This document shows, one piece after another, positions 10,731 to 22,671 of a DNA stretch of 64,000 nt (position 1 is the stretch's first letter; each line of letters opens with the position of its first letter). A program made the position numbers and the translations under genes. Source of the DNA: Cyanophora paradoxa CCMP329 (Eukaryota; Plantae; Glaucophyta); assembly GCA_004431415.1 (NCBI GenBank), contig QPMI01000097.1, positions 1 to 64,000 on the forward strand. Reading direction: 5' to 3'. The notes under the pieces are model-generated. The model did not search any database. It saw only the letters and a program-made list of their open reading frames with translations, and was not told where the DNA came from.

Positions 10731-13700
10731 ATGTCGATGCTCGACGACCCTGGCGCATGGCCATCCGAATCCGGACGAGGTGCTGAACGGCGCCTTCGCG
10801 ATAGACGGAGCCTGAGCGTGAGGGGAATTTACGCGGACGAGATAAGGCTGCGCAAGGGCGCGACCTACAGCGATTCCTGACGTCCGTCGGTACCTTGGAC
10901 GATTACGGTGACCTCACCGCAATTATCAAGGGCTCTGGGGCGTCACGACCGAGACGGGCGTGGACTGGAACATTATTAAGAGGGCGGCCGACGTGAAAAT
11001 CGCAAACTCCGTTACAGCGAAAGACGCCACCCTGAACCTCGTGAAACTGACTCTAAAGGGCGCAGAGGGGACGTGAGGCCCGGTACAACGCACTCGAGCG
11101 CATCGCGGGCCCCTGCGCCACATCTACTGGAGCCGCCAGCGCTGCCGAGCATGGAGCCCGAGCAGTACAGGCGCGACAGGGAGGAGTTTTTCGCGTGGTT
11201 CGACCACTTCAAGGTGAACATCCGCGCCCTGAGCGCCGACAGGACGGGCGAGACGCCGGAGACGACGGCGGGGCCGCATCCCAACGGCACCCGACGTGCT
11301 CCCGATCGCTCAGACTGGCGAAGACGCAGAACTGGGCGCTGAAGGACCACTTCCACGACGAGAGGTACGCCCTCGTCAAGCACCCGCATGTGAAGGCCGA
11401 CATCACGGACTGGGCGCACCGCCACCTGTACGACGACATCATCGGCGGCCCAAGTGCCGGCGCGATTCGGGTGGGGTACGGGCGCGGAAGCACGGAGGTG
11501 GGGTACAGCACCGGGGTGGGGTACAGGCACCGGGGTGGGGTACAGGCACGGGGGCGGAGGGGCTCCAGTGGCACGCCCGTGGAGGGGCGGGGTAGCAGCG
11601 GCTCGGGTGCGGCGGCTCGGGCGGAGAGAGCGGCGGAGGGGTACGCTCGTGCCGATCCTTGGTACAACAACGGGAATCTTCGGCGCGGCCCTGATTGCAG
11701 GCGGTGCAAAGTACTACAGGGATCGGAAGGCGTACGAAAGGACATTGCAGAGCTGCAGAAAGATAACAAAACGATCGTTTACTCAGACGAGCAGGTGAGA
11801 ATACTGGCAGAGGAGCTGAAGACAAGGGAGCGGCAATTTAACGAAATGAGGACAGCGGCCGAGAAAAAGATAGCGGACGATTTGAAAGAGGCGAGCGATA
11901 GAATTGAGAAATCCCTGGAGGCCGAGGAGAAAGCCGAGATCCGGAAGAGAGAGGCCGATAGGATCGTGGAAAACGCGATAAGGAGGCAAAGGAGCAGGCA
12001 AGGACCGAGCTGGAGAAACTGGACATGGAAATAGCAAACAAGGTCAACATAGCAAACGAGGTCGAAGAGGGCACAAAGATGCTGGACGATGAGCGAAAGG
12101 CAGCGGAGGAGCAAGCCAGAAAAGCAAAGGAGGATTTAAGGCAGCTCGAACTGCGAGAACAGGAGAGCAGAAGGCAGAGGGCTCGCATCCACCATACGAT
12201 TCAACCTAGAGCAGCAAGTGAAAACGCTGACGGCCGAGCTGCAGAGGATAGGGACGGCTGTGCCAAGGGCACAATGGAGACGCAGACGACGCCAAGGCCC
12301 GATCCAAGGCCGGCCGCCGAGAGGCTGCCCTTCGCGCGGCTGGTAGGAGCGACCAGGTGGAAGAGCTCATTGGCCTCACGCTCGAGATCAGAGGCCCTCT
12401 TCGACGCGTTAGAGCAGCGGCGCAGGGCGACGAGGAGGCAGCTGCCAAGACAGAAGAGGAACGACTGAAGGCAATGCAAACTGCATCAGACGAGGAATTT
12501 GCACGGCTGGAGGAGCCGAAGGTAGCGGAGCGTAAGCGACGACTGGAGACGTTCAGGGGGCGCAGATGGATTTTTACCGCTCGGAGCTCAAAAGACTGAA
12601 AGAAGGAAATGCATCGGGGACAGGCTCCGCGCCATGGAAGAGAACATGCGCGACTTTAGCTACGTTATGGATCAGCTGACGGGAAGGGTCAGAAAGACGC
12701 CGAAGAACTGAGGAGAAAGATGGCCGATGAGAAGTGGAAAAACTTTGAGCGTCAGGCTGTTCAGAGGCCCATCAGCGATGCCATCTGGATAGCATACGGC
12801 GACGTGGAGGAGATGCACAGAGAACTGCGGACGGAAGCGAGCCTGTGGCGGGAGCCCTCGAATGGTCACTGTACCGGATACAAAAGGGGAGTTTTTGGCA
12901 GAGCTGCGAGCCAATCCGAAAACGGTGAGCGCGGCGCACAGAGCGCGTACCTCTCCATGGTCGATTACGTGGGCAAGCTGAGCAAATTTTGGAAATGCGA
13001 AGAGCCATCATTCCAGCGGAGGGCTCGCGCAGTACGATGCCATGGTGCGCGATCTGGAGGCCTTCAAACGTGAGCACCCACCCGCCAAATACAAGATTCA
13101 CATAGATACGACGGCATTCATGGCGATCTAAGGAAGAGAGGAGACGAGGCCAAGAGTCAGATCGAGGAGCGCTACAGAAAGGCCCAAGCGGACAAGGAGT
13201 ACGCAAACAGGGTGATCGAAGAGCGGAAGCAGCAAGCCAAGGAGAACGCGGCGAGACGCAACGCCGAGATAGAAGAGCAGAGGCGGAAGATCGCAGAGCG
13301 CAAGGCGGCAGAGGAAGAGGCAAGAAAGACCAAGGTAGAGACAGAGTACCAAGCATTGAAACGGGAGGCCAATCAACTGTTAAAAAGGAGGGAAGGGCCT
13401 ACGCCGACGAGGGCGCGGGCGTGGGCTCGGCCAGCCCGGACGACATCACCCTCGCGGAAAGGGACGACGTTTCCGTAGAGGAAATGCGCCCGGGCACGGC
13501 TCGCCTGCCCTCCGAGGGCGTATTTCAGACGCTCGACAGGCGCGTGATGGGCGACTCGGACGTTATTCTGCGCAACGCCCTCATGCCCTACGGCGACTGG
13601 AACCGCGCCACCGCCGACGCCCTTGCCGATTTCGACCTCGAGCGATTCACCACCAAAGAGCAGCGCGACGCCTTCCTGGGCGCCCGAGGGCCAGGCGGCC

Positions 13701-15777
13701 CGGGTGGCCAAGGAGGCCTTCAGCGCAGAGACCCTCTTCTCCGCGATGGGTACGGCGAACAACGACGGCATGTCTTTCGGGGCAGCCGATTTATTTCAGG
13801 GGCGGGCATCGACTTGGTGGGCGCCGGGCTGGGGGTACGGGCTCGCGGGCCATGCGGCGGCGGGCGCGGCGGCGGCCGGCCTTGGGCTGGCGACGGCGGG
13901 CGGCCTGCTCTCGGCCTACCAGGCGCTCTCGCAGGGCAAGATAGGGAGGCCGAGTTCTTCGATACGTTCCGCGATCAGATGATCATGACGGTCGGCTCTT
14001 TTGGCCTTCAGACGGGCATGTCGTCCGCCCTGAGCGCCCTCACGAAAATGAGGATCGGCACGGTGGGCGGACTTGGCCTGTCCATCCTCGCGGGCGCCAT
14101 CGCGCAGGTGATCGTGGATATCATCAACGGGCGCAGCGCGGAAGAAATCGTGAAGAACTTTTTCAAGTACCCCGTCGACTGGGCGACCGACACCATACAG
14201 TTCATCGCGGAGCTCTCGCAACAGATCTACGACTGGGGCGTCGAGACGTGGGGCGACGAGGCGAGCCAGCTGCGCAACCGAATTAATCGGCTGGAGGGCG
14301 AGCTGGGCTCCGGATTTTTGGGTGTGTACGACCCTCGGAGGCGCGCGAAATGGCCTCGCTCTTGGCCCAGGAGCTGCGGTTAAACGAAATCAAGGAGCCG
14401 AAGGAGCTGCAGGCCTTCATTCGCGCGCTCGACAACAGCATCAACGATTACCGTACCCCCAAGGACCAGAAGACCCTGCTCGAAATCGATCGCGCGACCG
14501 TGCTCTTCCTCTCCCAGCTCACCGTTAAAATGCAGGAGGGCTTCGGGTCGACTTCGCTCGCCCTGAGTCGACTTATGCGCGACCTGAAGCAGATGATAAA
14601 GGAGGAGACCAAGGGGCGGAAGCGCGTCTTAATTGCCGTCTACCAGGAGGGCCTCAACAGGATCAATCACATCGAAGCCCTAAGGCGCGAATTCGGCTCG
14701 GCCATCCGTCACTCGGGCGTCTCGTCGAACGGAGGGCGCAGGTGGCCCGCCTGGCGGACGCCAACTCGCGCCTCGAGATTCCCGGGACCTTCCGCATGCA
14801 GGATTGGTGGAGGCCGAGGCCTTCAGGAATTACGGGCCTTCATAGACAACGGATCAATTCGCAGAGCCCCAAGGCAAACTGGCTGGTACCCAAGGCCTAC
14901 GTCGATAAATTGGTTGACAGGCCTGCAGCACCATACACCAAGAAGATCGCCAAAGGCATCGAGTACTGGGCGCCCGAGCCAGGCCAGCCCGTGTTTGCAT
15001 CGCAGAACTACGAGTGGCACATGGCGCCGGGGCGAGCCAGGCCGTGAGCACCGTGGGCGTTGCCGTGCCGCAGCTGGCGACGGTGGCACACACGGGGGCG
15101 TATGCAGATCTCAGCGGGAGGCCGACGATACCCGTGATACCAACAACGTGGGCGTGGGATAGCATCACGGGGAAGCCGAGTACGTATCCCCACGCAGACC
15201 ACCAGCACACCATCTCTCAGATCAGCGACTGGACGGCCCCGGACTTGACGAACATCTCCGTGGATTGGGACAACGTAACGGGCAAGCCACTTACCTTCCC
15301 CCCCTCTACACACAGTCACAATGTGTACTGGATAATGTCATCGACCGACCCACTTCCTTCCCACCCTCTACGCACAGTCACACAGAGTACTCGCTCACCA
15401 GCCACGGGCACAGAAACGTGAACATGGATGCGTACATAACGCACGGCACGTCCTTCCACTCCTACGCTGCGTACACGGAGTTTAACATCAATTCAACATA
15501 CACGGTGACGTTCAACATTACATTCGGACAGGCGTACGACACTGGAGGCGGACTGGGGACCCCAGCAAACCCAACGCCGGTTATTAACGTAACCCCCTCG
15601 TTCGACATCAATCCCGGCGGCAGCACGGATGTCGATTTCTACGGGGCCAACGTCACGGCGGTGAGTCACACTGGCTTTACAGTTAAAGTGAGATTCCAAC
15701 CCAGAATGACGGTCACGCCCACCCAAATTGTCCAGCTTTTTATTCATTGGACCGCGATCGGCAAGCTGCTTATGTAA
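10731..15777 (+). CDS. Giant frameshifted virion protein: coiled-coil/hydrophobic (tape-measure-like) body, phage tail-fibre repeats and C-terminal gp53/H-lectin-like domain; may be two genes
   Basis: Successive overlapping ORFs with long E/K/R coiled coils (11.7-13.4 kb) and Gly/Ala hydrophobic helices (13.8-14.1 kb). Repeats LATVAHTGAYADLSGRPTIP, WDSITGKPSTYPHADHQH, WDNVTGKPLTFPPSTHSH. C-terminus ...TAVSHTGFTVKV...FIHWTAIG. Confidence 0.6.
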
Positions 15778-15801
15778 TCGATTTTCTGATGCAATCCAAA
15801 A

Positions 15802-16840
15802 ATGTCGGTCGCTGTCCCTCTATTTACCTATGCTGCCAGCGTGAATCACAAGGGCGATCACACGATTAAGGAGACCACCCTCGGAAACCAGGCCACCGAG
15901 GCCCCTACAACGCCACGGCCGTCCCCTTTTCCGAGGCCGACCTCGTCCGCGTCGGCGAGCTGCGCTGCGACAAGATGCGCACGCGGAGGGCGGGTCGGCC
16001 GTGCCGGGGCGCGTGAGGACGCAGAGGCTCACCGTCACGAACGGGGCCTGGGACGGGAGCGGGTACACCACGAATCAGGTGACCTTTAATGGGACTGTGA
16101 ACGGGGAGGGGAATGCGGCTCTGTATGTGCAAGGAGGCGGAGCAAACGTGGTGGGGGGCTTAGGGTGAGCGGGGCTTCAAACTTGGCGGCATCGTTACAT
16201 TGGACGATAAGCTGCAAATTACCGGAACGTCACCGTACATAAATGGCGGTGGTTCAGGCGTAGCTATAAAGTACAACGAAAACGATAGACTCCTCTGTGG
16301 GACTCTTGGCGTTGGTGTTACAGGTACTCTATTTACCTCGGCAATCGAAGGCCCTACTAATGGCCTAAGCATAGCAAACACTTCAATCGTTGATAGCGGA
16401 AGCGTCAGCTCTGGTCTATCCTTGAGAAACAACGGCACCGAACGACTGCTGTGCGGAACCGTCGGCGTTGGCATCACGGGTCGGCTCATCGTCTCGACGC
16501 TCACGGGCGATGGAAACCGAGCCGTTTATTCGGATGCTCAAGGATACCTGACAAACTCGTCGAGCGATAGCCGCCTGAAAGAAAATGTCGCGAGCATGTC
16601 GGGCATTCTCCCTCTTCTGCTGCAGCTGAATCCCGTGTCGTTCACCTGGAAGAACACATCCTCGGGGGTTCGAAAACGGATTACGGTCTCATCGCACAGG
16701 AAGTCCAAGGCGTCTTCCCGAGTCTCGTTTTCGAGAACGCGGATGGATTTCTCGGGGTAAACTACGACAGGCTCATTTCCCTGTCGTTGAAGGCAATTCA
16801 GGAACTTTCACAAGAAGTTCAAACTCTCAAAGACCAGTAG
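15802..16840 (+). CDS. Tail-fibre-like protein with C-terminal intramolecular chaperone (peptidase S74) domain, frameshifted
   Basis: SSDSRLKENV...LLQLNPVSFTWK..DYGLIAQEVQGVFPSLV...GVNYDRLISLSLKAIQELSQEV; internal repeat NDRLLCGTLGVGVTG / TERLLCGTVGVGITG. Confidence 0.85.
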
Positions 16841-16877
16841 CGGCACTGGCGAGCTGATCTGGAACAACTAGGAATAA

Positions 16878-19011
16878 CTACACCGCGAGTATCACAATTC
16901 GACCGTTGCCACCGTCGCTGAAAGACGAGCCACCGTTGCCGCCCCTACCAATGCCTGCTGCGTAGTGAGCGTCTCCGCTATTTCCTGCCACCTGGCCGGA
17001 CCCAGGATACACCGTAGCATCCGTCAAGTTTCCTATGTAGCTCGAGCCACCGCCACCTCCAAACATTCTTGCTATTGGTTCTCTGACACTCCGCTCCTGC
17101 TGGACCCAGAGCCTCCACCGAAGTAACCACCACCACCACCACCACCGAACCTGTAGCCGCTTGAATCAGGCCCAGTCTCTCCACCTTGGCGCAAAGTTCC
17201 CGGGTTGCTGGGCCTGGCCCCTGAGGCCACAACACCGGCTCCGCCAGCGGTTTGGGTGCCTCCTTGAGCCGGTATCTCTCCGGTTACTCCAACCAACCCA
17301 GCCGCACCACCGGTCAACCCCCGCCTACTCCCCGCCGCCATTCGAATCACATGTACCCCCACCTCCGGCCCCTGCAACAACCAAGTCGGTCCCTGCAACG
17401 CGCTGAATTGCAGAACGACCACCACCGGCGCCGTTTTTGTACTCCGGATCGACGCTATGGCTCCAGCCCCTTCCACCACCTCCGTAGACGGTAGCAGTGG
17501 CAGTCCCCGATACACCCTTTGGGCCGCCGCATCCAACAACAAGGATGAGCGTCTCCCCGAGGACACAGCCAATGTACCAACTACGCAAGCACCCGCGCCT
17601 CCACGGACCCCCGTACCTGCGCGTTCTCCGCCTCCACCCCGGCCGCCCATACGATGACACGCACAGCCACAGTCCCCGTTGGTACTACGAAAGTCTGGTC
17701 GGCCCCGGTGTAGGAGAATGTACCCAAAACAGGAGCGTTTGCAGTTGTTGCACTGGCAGACGAGGACTGAGGGCCTTCCTCGCCGATCTGGTTGACGCCC
17801 TTGATGGTGTAAGTGTAAGTGGTTCCGTAAACGGTCGTTGTGTCCGAAAAGGGCTGCTCGTGTCGCTGGCAAGGAACACGCCACCCCTGTAGATGTTGTA
17901 GGAGACGGTGACGCCCGTCACCGGCACCGACCACTCGAGCACAACAGGCTGTGCTGCCCCCGCCGCGGGGTTGCAGTGAGCCCAGTGGGCGCCCCGGGTC
18001 CGTGGTGACGTACGCCGCAATACTCTTCGGCCCCTCCCCTCCCGTGTTCGTCGCGGAGATCTGGTACTCGTACCCTGTACCCCAGACGGTGGTCGTGTCG
18101 CTGTAGGAGTTGGTCGCGGAGTCTGTGAGGTAGGCCCCGTCTCTGTAAATCTTGTATCCCGTCGCTCCCGTGGACGCAGTCCAGCTGAGGCTGACAGGCT
18201 GCTGCTGGTCGTTGGGTGCTGATGCCGTCACGTTCGTGGGGGCGTTTGGCATAGTCCAGACCAGGAGCGGATCGGACTTGTCGTATTCGACACCGCCCAC
18301 GATGCCGGCCACCTGGTAAGAGTATTCCGTGCCCCACGTAAGAGCAGTGCTATCGTCAATGTACGAGGTAGACAGGGCACTGCTCGCAAATCCGATTGGC
18401 GTACCGTTCCTGTAAATTCGAATCGAGTCCGCGCCCTCCATGGCCACCCAGTTGATTGTGACGACTATGGCGGGTTTCGGGAAGCCCGAAGACGCGGGGC
18501 CGCCCCCGGCAATAAAATCGCCGTAGGTCTGGGCCGTGGCGGTCGTGAGCGTGGTGTAGGCTTCGATCTGCGGGCTGAAGCCGCCTATGCCTTGGAAGAG
18601 AATGTAATTGCTCATGGCACCCTCGTGGGTGTAGAGAAGCGACTGTGCGTAGGTTGTGGGCGGGGCTTTGCCATCAGAGCCCGTGCTGCTGCTGCCCTGT
18701 TCGCGAACCGCCGCCACGCGGTAGAGTCGCTGGGCCCCCAAACTAAAGGGAGAGTCCGTGTAGGTGACGGTTGGCGCATTCACCGTGGCCACGAGATCCC
18801 AGGGGCCGTTGATGCTGGTCGCCCTGTACACCTTGTACTTGACGGCGTTGGTGACCGCGACCCAGTTCAGCTGAAAGCCGTACGTACTGTTCCCGTTGTT
18901 GAGCACGGAGCCCGATCGCACCTGGGGCCTGCCCACAGTCAGCGAGATCGGCTCCACGCCATACTGCGGAGCCTGCACCACCTGCTTTTTCACGAATACG
19001 AAGCGGGGCAT
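16878..19011 (-). CDS. Fibronectin type III repeat protein with C-terminal glycine-rich domain (putative adhesin), frameshifted
   Basis: About four FN3-like units (LNWVAV..YKVYR; VSLSWTASTGATGYKIYRDG..SYSDTT..YEYQISATN.GGEGPKS), then TFSYTGADQTFVVPTG..GGGGG domain ending GGNGRIVIL. Confidence 0.8.
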
Positions 19012-19049
19012 TTTCCTCTACGATCCGAAAAAATATCTGCCCGGGGTAA

Positions 19050-19728
19050 ATGACTTCCAACTGGTACCAGACCCTCAGCGGCTCACTTGACGTTGGCAAC
19101 AACACCAAGGATTTCGCACGCATACCCTCCGGCAGTTACGTCGACGTCTTTCTGCAGAATCCCGTCGTGATTCAGGTCGTTCAGAACGCCTACGCCACGC
19201 CCAAGATTTATTCCTACCAGCTCTTCTTCGACCCTCTGAGCCTCAGCGCAGAGGTTATCGAGCTGCTGCACGAATCAGGACTCGTGAAAAAGGTGGCACC
19301 TGCCACGGCCACTGCCAACGTCTTGCGCTGTCTCGAGGTCAAGTTCAGGGAGACGGGGTACGGCCCCACCGTGAACCGGTACCCCAGTTCTTCGAATCTT
19401 CCGGGTACGGGAACTTACCAGATGAGGGGTACGCTCAAGGGCGACGTGCTCTTCACGAAATTCAATCCAAGTCCCGCGACCCTGGGGCCCTCTACACGGG
19501 CGGCAACCCACGCGGCTCGACTCTACCCCGCTTCCCCTTCACCTTTTTCAGGTTCCAGGTCTTCCCCTCTCCTACGCCGCCGACCAGCCCCACTTCAGCA
19601 CGGGCGCCAGCCTCTGCGCGGAGCTGCGTGAGTGCTCGATTTCCTACGCGTACGGCACCGACGCTGACTCTGTGCCTGGGGCCCGCGTCATGAACATCGG
19701 TGGCGACATCACCCTCTTTCACGGATAA
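19050..19728 (+). CDS. Viral hypothetical protein, paralog A
   Basis: ORF 19050-19631 plus frameshifted tail; shares QNPV/SGL.KK/LE.KF/LFTKF motifs with the next gene. Confidence 0.65.
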
Positions 19729-19751
19729 TCTTTCTCATTTGAGGTCGCAAA

Positions 19752-20563
19752 ATGCCGACCACCTCGGCCACCATCGTGAAGACCGTGTCTGCCGGCTCGA
19801 TCGTCCCCGATTTCTACGGCAACGCTGGGAACGTGGCCAACGCAGGGACGGACAAGGTGGAGTGGGACGGAAACTACGCCACCCCGCTCACCGTGAGGGT
19901 CCAGAATCCCGTCATGTTGCGCGTCACCTCCAACGATTTCGAGAATCCCGCCTCCTGCTCCGTGTACGTGTACTTTGACATCGACTCGGGCGTGAGCGCG
20001 GATGAGGCGGAGGCGCTCTGGCTCTCGGGCCTCCTGAAAAGATAGAGCCCTCTGTGCCTGATCGGCCCGCCATTCGCGTGCTCGAACTCAAGTTCACCGC
20101 TAACACCGCCCTCACTCGCAAATTCGGGAATGGTGCGAATCCGAACATCAAAACGCATTTAGATGGCGCCCTCATCGATGCCACACACAAGACCACGCAG
20201 GCCGTTCCCTTTGAGATGTACAACCTCTGGAAGATGACCGCAAAGGAGATGATGACGAATGCCACCACGGGCGGCGCCTCGGGTACCGATTATTCATACG
20301 GCGCCTCGAATCCCCGTACCCAGGTCTGGCCCCGGCTCCTCTTCACGAAATTCACTTTCAAATTGTACAACAACATCGCCGGAATGCCTACCTCTGGAAT
20401 GGTCGTGGGCTCTACCCTCATGGCCGAACTAATTGAGGCAGAGGCGGACTACACGACTGCGACTACCAACTCGACAGCGCCAGGCGCCGGAGCCGAAGTT
20501 TACGTGGCCTGGGAAACGGTCGGTCGCGAGTACGACACCAAGATTCACACCACTAGCGTCTAG
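19752..20563 (+). CDS. Viral hypothetical protein, paralog B (one frameshift near 20040)
   Basis: ORFs 19752-20045 and 20054-20563 join at the AAAA run near 20037-20040; motif similarity to paralog A. Confidence 0.7.
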
Positions 20564-20917
20564 ACTGGCTAAGCTGCATTAGCACCTGTGTCGCCTCCAT
20601 CATCTCCCGAATCTCCTCGCTCTTCTCCTGTAAATTGGCGTACCCCCTCCTCTTCTTGCGAATCTCCGACATTGATGCCCAGCGCAGGTTCTCCCTCCTG
20701 TAGTCCAGCGGGTTGCCGTTGATGTGTTCCACGTAGCGTCCACGTGGCGACTTCCCGAGGATCAGCTGGGAGAGGTAGTGCTTGCGCCCTCCAAACGTCT
20801 TGCTCACCCTGTCCCTGTCCACTCTCCAGGGAAACTCCAAGGCACTCGGGGTACGTCCGAGTTGACCAGGACGTTGTAGGCGACGTCTTGCGAGTCGGTG
20901 CACCGGAGCAGGGCCAT
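20553..20917 (-). CDS. HNH (HNH_3-type) domain protein, probably catalytically degenerate
   Basis: HYLSQLILG...YVEHINGNPLDYRRENLRWASMSEI; ATG at 20917 with TTTTTCT 14 nt upstream; one frameshift near 20845. Confidence 0.75.
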
Positions 20918-20941
20918 TTTGCCCTAGGTTCAGAAAAACCT

Positions 20942-21030
20942 GGGACTTGGGACTTGGGACTTGGACTTGGGACTTGGGACTTGGGACTTGGGACTTGGGA
21001 CTTGGGACTTGGGACTTGGACTTGGGACTT
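20942..21030 (+). repeat. (GGGACTT)13 tandem array (two units lack one G)
   Basis: Read directly from the sequence. Confidence 0.97.
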
Positions 21031-21479
21031 GGGAAGAGTTGAAACCCAGGTCCCGGCCCAGACTTTCTCCAGGATCAGAAATTTGTCAGACAAGTCAGGT
21101 GAGTTTTTCTACCGACTTTTTTACTCCTACCACTCCTCATACTCTTTTTTACTCGTAGTCTTTTTTACTCGTAGTCTTTTTTACTCGTATCCCATCTCGT
21201 ACCCTCCTTCTCTCGACATCTCACACGAAAACTCCTACCCCTCTTCACATCCGTTTTCGGTTGCATACTCTCGTGAGCTTTCATGTCCAGTATCATGCTA
21301 CAAGTCGTACACCAGTTCAGACTCTACCTCGCTTGAAATCTCACCTGGAATGTCACCAGAAACGTCATATGCAGATTTCCGTACCCCTCTACATGTCTGC
21401 CCGGTGGTTAGGGACTTGGCGCGGCAAACTCTCAGATCCAGAGAGATTCTGGGCCCAGACCCTGAGTCTAACTCTTCCC

Positions 21480-21528
21480 AAGTCCCAAGTCCCAAGTCCC
21501 AAGTCCCAAGTCCCAAGTCCCAAGTCCC
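21480..21528 (-). repeat. (AAGTCCC)7 array, inverted relative to 20942-21030
   Basis: Read directly; flanking AACTCTTCCC...AGG also mirrors the first array. Confidence 0.97.
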
Positions 21529-21602
21529 AGGATCGCGCCAAGTCGTAACTGAATAGTCGGCCAATTTTTACAAGTATGTACAATGGAATGACGCAATACT
21601 AT

Positions 21603-22671
21603 TTACAGCATCTCAAAGTCAGAGTCATCGTCATCGGAAACCAACTCAATGAGGCCCTCGGGCGCCGACTTAAGGGGAATGCGGGGAAGGGACTGCGCTG
21701 CCTGCACCAAGTCCTGCCGCTCGCGCTCGCGCTGCGCCGCCAAGGCCGCTGCCGCCTCTGCCTCGCGCTGCTGCTGAGCCTCGATGCGCGCCTTGAGCTC
21801 GGCCGCCTCCTTCTGCTTGCGCTCGGCGATCCGCGCCTTGTTGATCTGGTACTGGACAAGGCGCTCGTGGCGCCGCTTGCGCTCCAACTCCTTGCGGAGC
21901 TCGTTGCAGAGGACGCGCTTCTCAATGGTCTTGACGTGCTGAGTCAGGCGCTCGCTGTAGTGTGACGTCACGCGAGAACGGGCAATGCCGGCGCCGAGCT
22001 TCAAGTCCTTCTCGTGTGCCTTGGCGGGGTCCTTGACGCGCTCGGAGTTGTCGGTGAATGACGTAGTCTCCATGAACTTCTTCTTGACGATTGACTTGGT
22101 CTTGATAATGCGGCGCTTGCGAGTCGGGTTTTCGTTGTCGCCTTCAGAGTCAGAAGACGACTCAGAGTCGTATGGAATCGGCACGTCAAAGTCGATGAAG
22201 TCGTTGATGTCAGACTCGACGTCAGAGGCCTCGGACTTGGCGTCATCGGCGGGCTCGGGGGCGGGCTCGGCGACGGGCTGAGGGGCAGATGACGACGATG
22301 ACGGAGGGGGTAATTCGTGAAGACTTGAGGGGGTAGGCCCAGGCGAGCGTCTCGGCAGCAGACTCGGCGAAAAGCTTGGGGTCGCCCCAGCCGTTGGCGG
22401 TCTTGACCCAGCCGGGGACGGGGGGCACGTCGACGGGGGGCTCGGGCTTGGGTTGCTTGGACTTGGATTTCTTGGCCTTGGACGTGAAGGCGGACTTGGG
22501 GAGAAGTTGCACTTCGGGGCCAGTGGCGCGTAAGATGGCATAATTGTAGATGTACCCCAGAGCGTCGGCGCGCTGCTCCATCTCAGGGGTAGCCCCTTGA
22601 GTGCCACCGGAGTTAGCCCACGTTGCTTGGACAAAGGCGAAGTCCTCGGCAAGCTCAGCGGGAATCGACAT
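21603..22671 (-). CDS. Viral hypothetical protein: acidic region, coiled coil, C-terminal SIM-like motif (one frameshift near 22320)
   Basis: MSIPAELAEDFAF... joined to ...SDVESDINDFIDFD...LIELVSDDDDSDFEML; GATTTCT 15 nt upstream of the ATG. Confidence 0.65.

Noticed and set aside
19050-20563. Major capsid protein
   Set aside because: Two separate ~230-270 aa genes with their own promoter motifs and no NCLDV MCP motifs I can recognise; left as unknown paralogs.
20569-21583. ORFs with LGLGTWD / PSPKSQV repeats
   Set aside because: They are translations of the stop-free 7-bp array and probably non-coding.
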